The notes beneath the pieces were generated by a model. It saw nothing but the letters and a program-made list of their open reading frames with translations. It was not told where the DNA came from and did no database searches. Positions 36,836 to 45,891 of a stretch of DNA of 64,000 bases are shown here, one piece after another; the stretch's first letter is position 1; every line of letters begins with the position of its first letter. The position numbers were made by a program, and so were the translations under genes. This DNA comes from an uncultured Desulfobulbia bacterium (GTDB lineage Bacteria > Desulfobacterota > Desulfobulbia > Desulfobulbales > SURF-16), in contig CAZZCA010000010.1 in NCBI GenBank assembly GCA_964653055.1, forward strand, positions 14,619 through 78,618. The letters run 5' to 3'.

Positions 36836-37789
36836 TTAATTTTGCATACGCCAGCCAGCTGTTTTTCGCAATCCGTCCGCCAAAGAATAATCAGCTATAA
36901 AACCCAAATCCTCCTCAGCTCGGATACAGAGCAGGCAGCTCCTGGTCAAATCACCAGGCCGGGCCGGGCCGGTGGCGAATTTGCGCAAATCTTCATCAAG
37001 ACCAGGGACTCGCTCTTTCATCACATCAAAAACCGATTCAAAAAGATCAGCAGTATGGGTATCTTTGCCGGTTCCAATATTAAAAGACCGACCACTGCCT
37101 TTCGCCAGAGCCAGCATATTTGCCTTAACCACATCACCGACAAAACAATAATCACGGGTCATCCCCCGGGGTTCATCCTCATAATGATAGACAGTACAAC
37201 CCTTATTTTCCAAAAGCCGATCCATAAACACCGCCACCACCCCGGCCTCGCCATGGGGAATCTGCCTGGGGCCATAGACATTGGCATAACGAAGAATCGT
37301 ATAATCAAGACCATATTGATGGCGATAAAAAGCAAGGTATTGCTCAGATACCGACTTGGTAATTGCATAGGGCGACAGGGGCAGGACCGGTGAGTCCTCC
37401 GAAGTCGGGAATTCTTCTGCCTCTCCATAGATGGCGCCACCGGAAGAGATAAAGATGAATTTAGGCATGGTGGTTGCCCGTGCGGCCTCCAATAGATTAA
37501 CAAAGCCTTTCACATTCACATCAGCATCAAAAAGAGGATCCTCCACCGAAGCCGGCACCGACATCTGGGCCGCATGGTGATTGACAATGTCAAATTTCTC
37601 CCGGGCAAATACCTCATGGACCTCGGCCGAACGAATATCCATTAGATAAAAACGAGCCGCCGGGTTGATATTCTCCCATTTACCACTGAAGAGATTATCC
37701 ATGACCACCACTTCATGACCGTCTGCCAGATAGGCATCAACCACATTTGAACCAATAAAACCGGCACCACCGGTAACGAGAATCTTCAT
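36836..37789 (-). CDS. NAD-dependent epimerase/dehydratase (GalE-like UDP-hexose 4-epimerase)
   Basis: 317 aa. MKILVTGGAGFIGS. YAITK catalytic motif. Confidence 0.7.
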   Translation of the reverse strand: MKILVTGGAGFIGSNVVDAYLADGHEVVVMDNLFSGKWENINPAARFYLMDIRSAEVHEVFAREKFDIVNHHAAQMSVPASVEDPLFDADVNVKGFVNLLEAARATTMPKFIFISSGGAIYGEAEEFPTSEDSPVLPLSPYAITKSVSEQYLAFYRHQYGLDYTILRYANVYGPRQIPHGEAGVVAVFMDRLLENKGCTVYHYEDEPRGMTRDYCFVGDVVKANMLALAKGSGRSFNIGTGKDTHTADLFESVFDVMKERVPGLDEDLRKFATGPARPGDLTRSCLLCIRAEEDLGFIADYSLADGLRKTAGWRMQN

Positions 37790-37791
37790 TC

Positions 37792-39627
37792 TTACTCCAC
37801 GGTTACGCTTTTAGCGAGATTACGGGGCTGATCAACATCACAACCCCGGAGATTGGCAATTTGATAAGAGAGAAGCTGGAGGGGAACAACATAGAGAATG
37901 GGTGATAATTCCTCATGAACATCAGGCATGGGAATAACATGATCACTGAGCAGGGCCAGTTTATCATCCGACTCACTGCCCACCAGGATCATCCTGCCAT
38001 GCCGGGCCTTCACCTCTTCCACATTGGAGATAACCTTACCATACACCCCATCCTTCGGGACCAGAGCCAGCACCGGCATCTCCCGATCAATCAGGGCAAT
38101 GGGGCCATGCTTCAATTCACCGGCAGCATATCCTTCAGCATGGATATAAGAAATCTCCTTCAATTTCAACGCCCCTTCCAGGGCAATGGGGAAATTAGCC
38201 CCACGACCAAGGTAGAGAAAATCACGACTCCTGGCAAACTCATCGGCAATCTCATCCATCTGCTGCTGCCAGCGAGGCAAACCCTCTTCCACTACCGCCG
38301 GCAGATCAACCAATGCCTTTGCCAGTTCACCTGCCATTTCCGGGGCTATGGTTTTTCTAATCTGACCCAGATAGAGGGTCAGCAGAAAAAGCGCCGTCAG
38401 CTGACTGGTGAAGGCCTTGGTGGATGCCACCCCGATCTCCGGGCCGGCATGGGTATAAATAGTACCATCCGCCTCCCGGGTAACCGTGCTCCCCACTACA
38501 TTACAGATGGAAATAATCTTAGCCCCAAATTCCTTAGCCAACCGCATCCCCGCAAGGGTATCCGCAGTCTCGCCAGATTGGGAAATGGGAACCACCATAA
38601 CCTCCGGACCCAGGAGAAGACGACGATACCTAAACTCGGAGGCAATATCCACCTCCACAGGGATCCCAACCCATTTCTCCAGCCAATATTTGGCCACCAG
38701 GGCCGCATGCCAGGAGGTTCCACAGGCCACCAGGGATATCCGCTCAATACCCTGCAAAACTGCCGGTTCAAGACCTATTTCCGGCAGATCAACCCGGCCT
38801 GTTTCAGGGTCAAGCCGCCCCCTAAAGGTACTCTGAATGGCCTGGGGCTGCTCAAAAATCTCCTTCAGCATGAAATGACGATAGCCGGCCTTTTCCGCCA
38901 TCCCCACATTCCAGTCAATAATCTGGCTATCCTTGTTAATTTCACTGCCATCGGCAAGAGACATTACCCGACATGAATCTACCCGCAATTCAGCCATCTC
39001 CTGATCTTCAAGAAAGATAACCTCATTGGTATAGGGAAGAAGGGCTGGGATATCAGAGGCCATGAAACAACCGTTATCCTTTATTCCCAGAACCAGCGGG
39101 CTCTGATAACGCGCTGCCACAAGCATATCCGGCTGTTTGCTCCAGATAACCCCCAGAGCAAAAGAACCCTCCACCAACCTAATTGCCTGACGGACGGCAA
39201 GCGCCAGATCGTCATCAAGATTTTCTTCAATCAAATGGGCCAACACTTCGGTATCAGTCTCCGAGGTAAACACATGACCCCGGCCAATTAGATCTTCCCG
39301 CAGGGTCTGATAATTTTCAATAATCCCGTTATGAACCACCACCAAATCGCCACTACAGTCACTATGGGGGTGAGCATTGGCCTCGGACGGAGCACCATGG
39401 GTAGCCCAACGGGTATGCCCCAGGCCAATCCGACTATGGACAGCAACCTCCTCCATCATCTCCTCAAGGCCAGCCAATTTACCCTGACAACGATGCTTAT
39501 TAAGAACACCATCCTGGTAATAAACAAGGCCGGCCGAATCATAACCCCGGTACTCAAGGCGCTTAAGACCTTCCAGAATTACCGGCACCACCCGACGCTT
39601 ACCGACATAACCAACTATTCCGCACAT
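37792..39627 (-). CDS. glmS: Glutamine--fructose-6-phosphate aminotransferase
   Basis: The track ORF begins at a TTG at 39654. The true start is almost certainly the ATG at 39627 (MCGIVGYVG, Cys2 nucleophile), 5 nt after the upstream stop and with a GAGGT SD. Two SIS domains. C-terminus NLAKSVTVE. Confidence 0.95.
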   Translation of the reverse strand: MCGIVGYVGKRRVVPVILEGLKRLEYRGYDSAGLVYYQDGVLNKHRCQGKLAGLEEMMEEVAVHSRIGLGHTRWATHGAPSEANAHPHSDCSGDLVVVHNGIIENYQTLREDLIGRGHVFTSETDTEVLAHLIEENLDDDLALAVRQAIRLVEGSFALGVIWSKQPDMLVAARYQSPLVLGIKDNGCFMASDIPALLPYTNEVIFLEDQEMAELRVDSCRVMSLADGSEINKDSQIIDWNVGMAEKAGYRHFMLKEIFEQPQAIQSTFRGRLDPETGRVDLPEIGLEPAVLQGIERISLVACGTSWHAALVAKYWLEKWVGIPVEVDIASEFRYRRLLLGPEVMVVPISQSGETADTLAGMRLAKEFGAKIISICNVVGSTVTREADGTIYTHAGPEIGVASTKAFTSQLTALFLLTLYLGQIRKTIAPEMAGELAKALVDLPAVVEEGLPRWQQQMDEIADEFARSRDFLYLGRGANFPIALEGALKLKEISYIHAEGYAAGELKHGPIALIDREMPVLALVPKDGVYGKVISNVEEVKARHGRMILVGSESDDKLALLSDHVIPMPDVHEELSPILYVVPLQLLSYQIANLRGCDVDQPRNLAKSVTVE

Positions 39628-39632
39628 TTTAC

Positions 39633-41018
39633 CTACCTCGAACCTTCCCGGCAAAGCACCGTCTTGATTGTCTGAAAAATAACCCAGATCTCCATCTTAA
39701 ATGTCATATTCTTGATATAATAAAGGTCATACTCCAGCTTACGAAGGGCATCTTCCTCTGATGCCCCGTATGGATAACATATCTGGGCCCAGCCACTAAT
39801 CCCCGGCTTGACACTGTGACGCAGGGAATAATAAGGAATCTTCTTCTTTAATTGATCAACAAAAACCGGACGTTCCGGCCGGGGGCCGACAAAACTCATC
39901 TCCCCCCTTATAACATTCCACATCTGGGGCAGCTCATCGATCCGCACCTTCCTGATAAACCCGCCAAAACGAGTAACCCGGCTATCATTCTTGCTGGCCC
40001 AGACCGCGCCATCCTTTTCAGCGTCGCTAACCATGGAACGGAATTTAATAACCTTGAATATCTCACCCTTGAGCCCAACCCTCTCCTGCAGGTAAAGTAC
40101 CGGGCCCGGAGATTCCAATTTAATGATCAAGGCAGAGACCAGGCTAACGGGCAGGGATATAAGCAAACCCAAAACAGCCAGCAGGAAATCAACTACACGT
40201 TTGGCAAAGGCGGTGAACCTTCTCCTGGCAAACCCATCCGAATAAATCAGCCAGCCAGGATTAACCTCCTCCACCAGGATCCGTCCAGTAAGAGCCTCAT
40301 AAAAAGATACCCCCTGCTCAATGGCTATCCCCTGGAGCTTACACTTAAGCAGCTCCTTAATCGGAGTTTTGCCCCGCCTATCCTCAAGGGCAACAATTAT
40401 TCTCTCCACCTTAAGCTGTTGACAGAGCTTAGGCATGACCTCGACACTTTCAGTTAAAATCAGATCTGGGGGTATAATATCTGACCGCCCGGCCTCTTGC
40501 ATAACCCCGACAACCCGGTAGCCAATATCACGTTTAGAGGTAATCTCAGAGATAATCCTGGCGGCCAGTTTACCGGAACCAACCACCAGAACCGGCTGGG
40601 AAAACATCTTGTGATCAAGAATATTATTGTAAAGAAAGCGCCAGCATAAAACACTTAAAATCAACACCAGATACCCCACCCAGAAAACCAGGCCGGATAT
40701 CATAAAAAGAGGCACGAGAAAATAAACAATACCAAGAAAAACACAGACAATTCCCAGAGCCTGAATCAAACGGGTAATGGCCTCCCCGTGGGATATCTTC
40801 CTGCTTAGATCATAGAGATCGGAAAAATAAAAAACCAGCTGGGTGATAAAGGTGACAACAAGGGCCCGCAGAACATAAAGTATTACCTCGGAAGAATAAA
40901 CCTCCGGGCCCTGAAGAAAATAATAGGCACCGTTAATGGCCAGAAAAGCAAGCAATCCCTCGCCGAAGAAAAAGAAAAGGTTCCTTACCGGATAATACTT
41001 ATTAAAAAGATACGGCAC
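39633..41018 (-). CDS. Priming sugar-phosphate transferase, PEP-CTERM-system-associated (TIGR03013-type bacterial sugar transferase)
   Basis: 461 aa. N-terminal TM helices and a central Rossmann-like part. C-terminal transferase domain PGPVLYLQERVGLKGEIFKVIKFRSM...DELPQ. GTG start overlapping the upstream stop (TAGTG). Confidence 0.85.
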   Translation of the reverse strand: MPYLFNKYYPVRNLFFFFGEGLLAFLAINGAYYFLQGPEVYSSEVILYVLRALVVTFITQLVFYFSDLYDLSRKISHGEAITRLIQALGIVCVFLGIVYFLVPLFMISGLVFWVGYLVLILSVLCWRFLYNNILDHKMFSQPVLVVGSGKLAARIISEITSKRDIGYRVVGVMQEAGRSDIIPPDLILTESVEVMPKLCQQLKVERIIVALEDRRGKTPIKELLKCKLQGIAIEQGVSFYEALTGRILVEEVNPGWLIYSDGFARRRFTAFAKRVVDFLLAVLGLLISLPVSLVSALIIKLESPGPVLYLQERVGLKGEIFKVIKFRSMVSDAEKDGAVWASKNDSRVTRFGGFIRKVRIDELPQMWNVIRGEMSFVGPRPERPVFVDQLKKKIPYYSLRHSVKPGISGWAQICYPYGASEEDALRKLEYDLYYIKNMTFKMEIWVIFQTIKTVLCREGSR

Positions 41019-41860
41019 TAATAACCTTCCGAATAATAATTATAATACCCTTCACCCCGAAGGCGGGTGTCAAGGGCTGTCATCTCAAAGGCATTGAAGA
41101 CAACTCCCAGGATCTTCTCCCGACCAACCGCCTCGACAAAACGGCGAACCTGCTCCCGACCAGCCTGCCCCCAGCGCACCACCAGCACCACCTTATCAAC
41201 CTGCTGAGCAAGTACTTCGGTCTCCGAGGCGGCCTGCCCGGGAGGGGTATCAAAAAGAATGAAACGGTCATCATAACGATTTGCCACCTCATTAATCATC
41301 TCCTTCATCCGATCAGAAGCCAGGAGCTCAGAAGGATTGGCAGGAGGCGAACCAGCTGGCAAAAGTGATAGACGATCCATCCCTGTTTTATGAAGTAGCA
41401 AAGAAAGATCTTTACCATCCCGGAGGTGATCCACCAGTCCCCTGGAATTATGAACCCCGAAAAGAGAGGCCAGAGAGGGCCGCCGCAGGTCACAATCAAC
41501 CATCAGGGCATAACGATCCACCTCCCGGGCCATGACAACCCCAAGATTAGCACAGACAAAACTCTTTCCTTCTTCCGGCACCGCACTGGTAATCATCACA
41601 CTGCGGGCCGGCTGGCCTTCTGCCGGATGAAGAATCTGGGCCCTCAGCCTGCGGAAACTCTCAGCCACCCCCTCATAATTATCAAGGGTCATAAGCAGCC
41701 TTTCATCCCAGCCCTGGCGCTGATCAATCAGCCCAGGGTCTGTCACCAAAACCGACTGACTGGTTTCAGCCACCTCCACCACCGAATCAACCGGTACTTT
41801 TGGCGTCTCCCGCTTATCTTTCACTTCGGCCTTGCTCATGGCCGCATCAATCTTTCCCAA
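41018..41860 (-). CDS. Exopolysaccharide tyrosine autokinase (BY-kinase catalytic subunit, XrtA-locus type)
   Basis: 280 aa. Walker A is SAVPEEGKS. Walker A' is LMVDCDLRRP. Walker B is FILFDTPP. Tyr-rich tail GEGYYNYYSEGY. TTG start with an AGGAG SD. Confidence 0.85.
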   Translation of the reverse strand: MGKIDAAMSKAEVKDKRETPKVPVDSVVEVAETSQSVLVTDPGLIDQRQGWDERLLMTLDNYEGVAESFRRLRAQILHPAEGQPARSVMITSAVPEEGKSFVCANLGVVMAREVDRYALMVDCDLRRPSLASLFGVHNSRGLVDHLRDGKDLSLLLHKTGMDRLSLLPAGSPPANPSELLASDRMKEMINEVANRYDDRFILFDTPPGQAASETEVLAQQVDKVVLVVRWGQAGREQVRRFVEAVGREKILGVVFNAFEMTALDTRLRGEGYYNYYSEGY

Positions 41861-41869
41861 ACCACTCTC

Positions 41870-43438
41870 CTACAGAATTATCTGACCCTGACGCCAGAAA
41901 TAAAACATGGCCCCCATAAGCCCGCTTGCCACCAGAAAAAACAGACCAGACCAGAGCCAGGCAATGACCCGCTTCCGCCTCTCCTCCTTCCTTGTGGTTA
42001 CCCGCGGAACCGCACATATCACCGGCAGATCAAGAAAAGACTCAAGGTCTTCAGGCTCTTTAAATGATGTTGCCAGTAACTCCAGACCAAGGGCCATACC
42101 TCCCCCCAGTCCCAGGCCAAGGCCAACGGCAATGAGCATGATCTTCAAAAAATCAGGTTTGAATGGTTTCTCCGGAAAATGGGCAGAATCCACAATCTTG
42201 AACTGGCTGCCCTTCTGCCGTTTTTCCAGGGTATGGGCCGACTCCGCATCAAGGCTGCGACCAACCAATTCCTGGTAATGAAGGTTGAGCTGATCATAAT
42301 CCCGGGTAAGGGCCAGCCATTCTGCCTCCCGCACCGGAGCCGCAGCAACCCATTCCTGATAACGGACAATATCTTTCTCCGTCTGGATTCGTTCTTTCTT
42401 CAACCGTTCAATCTGAAATTCCAACTCCCGCAATTGACGCAGAAGCTGGTCTGTCTGAGGATCAGTAAACTTCCTGGGACCGGGCGCAGAATCAACCTCT
42501 TCCTCTGACCCTTCTGCCACCGGCTCACTCTGCGCATGCTGCTGAAGCATCTTTTTTAAACGCCGAATTTCAGGATGTAAATCCGTATAGCGGGTCTGGA
42601 GGCTGTTCAATCTGTTCTGTAATTGGAAAAAATCTTCCGGCCCCCCAGTTCCAGGTGCTACTGCCGGCTCCATTCCAGTTGCAGACTGCTGACGCAAAAG
42701 CTCATCCCTTAGATTAATCTGCTCCTGAATCAAAAGACGGGTCCGCTCCATATTCTGCAATGAATCCTGACTGGCCTGGTACTGTTGCTGGAGTGAACTC
42801 AAACGGGCCAGATTATTCTGCAGCTGGTCAGCCATTTCATTATAGTATTTAAGCTTATAATCCCGCATCACCGCCTCTTTCTTATCCAGGGCCTGCTTGG
42901 CCATATTAAGCTCGTCCTGGACATAGGCGGAAGTCTCAGAGGCACGCTCCTCCCGAAAACGCAGATTCTCCTCAATAAATTTAGCAGCCAGGGCGTTGGT
43001 GATCCGCTGAACCTTGCGGGGATCACTACCCTGATAGGTTACCTCAAAGATATCACTGCGGCTCTGGGGAGTAATGGCGATATGCTTCTCCCGCATGATA
43101 TCAACCACATCCTCCATGGGATGAACAGCCAGGGCCTCGGCATAAAGATCATACTGCTTGATTATGGCCTCCAGATTACTCCGGCTGGTGATCTGCTGAC
43201 TGATGGTGACCACCGCCTCCCTGGTATGGGTACGAAGATCATCCGGTGACATCCGGGTGGGGTTAACCTGCTGACGCTGATATTTGATTAAAGACACACA
43301 TTGATAGGTCTTGGTGGCAAGAAGATATTTAGCAAAACCAGCTCCTGCTCCGATCAGGAGAAAGGCCACTATCAACACCTTACGCCGCAGGATGATATCA
43401 ATATATTTTTTGACAATCTGACGCTGTTGTAATTCCAT
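41870..43438 (-). CDS. Polysaccharide chain-length determinant (Wzz/PCP, XrtA-locus type)
   Basis: About 522 aa, with the ATG at 43438 preferred over the TTG at 43441. N- and C-terminal TM helices flank a long coiled-coil. GSQFKIVDSAHFPEKPFKPD motif. Confidence 0.85.
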   Translation of the reverse strand: MELQQRQIVKKYIDIILRRKVLIVAFLLIGAGAGFAKYLLATKTYQCVSLIKYQRQQVNPTRMSPDDLRTHTREAVVTISQQITSRSNLEAIIKQYDLYAEALAVHPMEDVVDIMREKHIAITPQSRSDIFEVTYQGSDPRKVQRITNALAAKFIEENLRFREERASETSAYVQDELNMAKQALDKKEAVMRDYKLKYYNEMADQLQNNLARLSSLQQQYQASQDSLQNMERTRLLIQEQINLRDELLRQQSATGMEPAVAPGTGGPEDFFQLQNRLNSLQTRYTDLHPEIRRLKKMLQQHAQSEPVAEGSEEEVDSAPGPRKFTDPQTDQLLRQLRELEFQIERLKKERIQTEKDIVRYQEWVAAAPVREAEWLALTRDYDQLNLHYQELVGRSLDAESAHTLEKRQKGSQFKIVDSAHFPEKPFKPDFLKIMLIAVGLGLGLGGGMALGLELLATSFKEPEDLESFLDLPVICAVPRVTTRKEERRKRVIAWLWSGLFFLVASGLMGAMFYFWRQGQIIL

Positions 43439-43450
43439 CAAGGCCCCTTA

Positions 43451-44923
43451 TTACCATTTAACCAATTCTTGGGCGGCAGTTAGGCCGATAACAAATTGAT
43501 GCTCATAATAATCATCCACAACACTGTCGGTGGTATCCAGCCTGGAATAAGTATAATCTGCAGTTAAAGAAAGCCAGCGATTAAGCTGCCAGGAAACTCC
43601 TGCCCCCAGGCCATAATCATCAAAACTCTCCCGCACTCCGGCAGCAGACCATTCATAACGCTTACCAAATGAAAGATCTACGTCAGCTGTAATATCCTCA
43701 ACAATATTATAATTAGCTCCTGCCGCCACCGACCAGTTGCGCCGATCCCGATCCCAGTCTCCATTCTCTTTACGTTCATCAAATTCCAGATCACTGCCTA
43801 AAGAATAGCTGCCAGAAGCCATTCTGCCATTAAAGGTCAGGGCAAAATCAACTCCCCGCTCATCTTCACTGTCATCACGGTCCAGATAATCACCACCAAA
43901 ACTTGCGGTCATCTCCAGACGAGGGCTGAAGGCATGGTTCCAGATCAGAGCAGAACCCTGACTGACAAAATCACCCTGGTCACCATCATAGAGCGAATTG
44001 CCATAATCATAGGAAACAGCAAGAACATCAGCCGGAGTAATATTATGCTCAAGGGCAAGAGAGGTATCGTGCTCCCGCCGATCTCCACCATCATCATACT
44101 GGGTATTACTAAAATCATAGGATAACGAACACAACCATTGGGAGTTTAGCCGATAACTCAAACTTAAATAAGGTGAATGTTCATATGATTCTGAGATATT
44201 GGCCGTACGATCATCCAGAAGGGAAAAGCGGTAGCCAATGGCCAGAACCTGCTCGTCACCAAACTCATAATCAAGGCTCAGGCTGAAATCATCCTGCCAG
44301 CTCCGGCGCCTTCCCGCAGTATTACTCAAAAACCGGTCAATCTCCTGCTGCACAGAGGGAGTAGCCGCCTGGTAGCGGTCACTGATCTCGCTAACCACAA
44401 ATACGTAGTACTCCTCATCGCTATAGACAATCTCGGGAAAGAGAAGACGGGCCACTTCCTGGCGCTCATATTGGTTGGCCCGGGCAAAATTATCGGCAAT
44501 ATTAGCTGCGTTATTGGGCAACATATCAGTGCGGGGAGAATCATCATTATAGGAATAATCATTAGCAAGACTGACCTGCAGACCACGGGCCATCTCCCGG
44601 CTAGCAATCAAGGACAGGTGATGATCAAAGTCATGCTGGTCACGACGCTGATCCCAGGCCAGATCAGCTGAATAGGCCAAGGTAACAACATCATTACCCC
44701 CCTGGGAATCAAGGGAAAGGGACGGAGTCACCATGGTGCGCCATTGCTCTTCCCGGTCTTCCCGGGCGTGGAATATATTGGAATCAAATTCCTGGCTGAG
44801 ACCAAGTTGACCGCTCACCGTATTCTGCCGCCCCCAGGAGTTTCCTGCAATAACTGCAACCCCGAACAGGCAGAGACTGAAACAGACAATATTTTTTTGT
44901 GGCTTAATCATTTTCTTCCTCAT
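43451..44923 (-). CDS. Outer-membrane beta-barrel protein, PEP-CTERM-locus-associated
   Basis: 490 aa with a signal peptide. Alternating beta-strand pattern rich in D/S/Y/G. Aromatic C-terminus (..ELVKW). Confidence 0.7.
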   Translation of the reverse strand: MRKKMIKPQKNIVCFSLCLFGVAVIAGNSWGRQNTVSGQLGLSQEFDSNIFHAREDREEQWRTMVTPSLSLDSQGGNDVVTLAYSADLAWDQRRDQHDFDHHLSLIASREMARGLQVSLANDYSYNDDSPRTDMLPNNAANIADNFARANQYERQEVARLLFPEIVYSDEEYYVFVVSEISDRYQAATPSVQQEIDRFLSNTAGRRRSWQDDFSLSLDYEFGDEQVLAIGYRFSLLDDRTANISESYEHSPYLSLSYRLNSQWLCSLSYDFSNTQYDDGGDRREHDTSLALEHNITPADVLAVSYDYGNSLYDGDQGDFVSQGSALIWNHAFSPRLEMTASFGGDYLDRDDSEDERGVDFALTFNGRMASGSYSLGSDLEFDERKENGDWDRDRRNWSVAAGANYNIVEDITADVDLSFGKRYEWSAAGVRESFDDYGLGAGVSWQLNRWLSLTADYTYSRLDTTDSVVDDYYEHQFVIGLTAAQELVKW

Positions 44924-45108
44924 TGATTATGATAAAAACATGACCGACATCATATGAAAGTATATGCAATTCACAGTCCGGCCATAAAAACAATAACACC
45001 ACCATGACAATTCAGCCATTTACACAACACTGGCACCATTATGGCCCAGGAGCTTTCCGGAATTCCGGACAATATTTACGCATTCGCGGAAGCGTTCCGC
45101 ATTTCCGG

Positions 45109-45708
45109 TCAGGGAACTATAATCGTATCTCCCGGAACCACCAGAATATTTTGCTTGGCGAGATTCCCCTTGACCAGCCCCTCATAATCAAAGGTCAGCA
45201 TCACTTCCTGCCCCTCCTGCTGACGAACAATTCTGATCTGATCCTGTTTGGCCCATTCCTGAAAACCACCGCTGCGGGCAATGGCCTGGAGAATAGTCAG
45301 AGGATACTCCATGGCAAACTCTCCCGGCTGGCTTACCCTGCCCACCACATAATATCGCCTGCTTCGGCTCTCAACCAACAACACCGAAACCGCAGGCTCG
45401 GTAACCATCCGGGCAAACTCTTTTTCCAGAAGAGCATCTAGCTCCATGGGGGTCTTGCCCACGGCCATCACATCCCCAACCAGGGGCAGCGATATCCGGC
45501 CATCAAGCCGCACCCTCTGCACCCGGGACAAATCAGGCTCCTGCCAGACCTGGACCTCAACCTCATCGCCAATACCTATCCGGTAATCAACCTCACCAGC
45601 CGCCCAGCCCTGACCAGCCAGCAACAGACAACAGACAACAATTCTCCAGACCATAAAACACCTCAAAAAGCATTTCCACCCACCGGCCTTCATCAAACAA
45701 AAGCACAT
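45109..45708 (-). CDS. Periplasmic polysaccharide export protein (Wza/Poly_export family, short XrtA-locus type)
   Basis: 199 aa. YRIGIGDEVEVQVWQEPDLS...VRLDGRISLPLVGDVMAVGKTPMEL is the Poly_export signature. The start is uncertain; later Met residues at 45693 and 45654 also give a signal peptide. Confidence 0.8.
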   Translation of the reverse strand: MCFCLMKAGGWKCFLRCFMVWRIVVCCLLLAGQGWAAGEVDYRIGIGDEVEVQVWQEPDLSRVQRVRLDGRISLPLVGDVMAVGKTPMELDALLEKEFARMVTEPAVSVLLVESRSRRYYVVGRVSQPGEFAMEYPLTILQAIARSGGFQEWAKQDQIRIVRQQEGQEVMLTFDYEGLVKGNLAKQNILVVPGDTIIVP

Positions 45709-45891
45709 TAATTTAATCGACAGGCAACAACAGACTTAAAATTGCATCACCAGCTATCAGGTCGAAATCAACCACACGATAACAGGCAAATGAATTTTAC
45801 AAATTCTTGGACATTATACATTAAATGCGTGTAGTATTTGACAATATTTTTGCATTTAAGCTTATTAATTAACCAGACTAGGGATTAAATC

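Noticed and set aside
37915-38976. Long antisense ORFs in the GC-richer half. Examples are a 353-aa ORF opposite glmS, 32352-32873 opposite ugd, 41426-42067 opposite the kinase/PCP genes, 46869-47453 opposite prsT, and 56147-56755 opposite flgH.
   Set aside because: All are fully contained within strongly supported genes. Their compositions are low-complexity and rich in Arg, Pro, Gly and His, as is typical of antisense frames. None has recognisable motifs.
43484-43491. A GCCGATAA sequence, the sigma-28 -10 consensus.
   Set aside because: It is on the plus strand, antisense to the 3' end of the beta-barrel gene. It has no TAAA -35 element at the proper spacing and no downstream plus-strand gene.
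45838-45854. The sequence TTGACAATATTTTTGCA upstream of prsT resembles the sigma-54 -12 box (TTGCA) at the right distance from a TGxC element.
   Set aside because: The nearly invariant GG of the -24 box is GA here. The same sequence is better read as a perfect sigma-70 -35 hexamer (TTGACA) with a weak -10 (TTATTA/TATTAA) 17-19 nt downstream. It is not reported as a feature because confidence is low.
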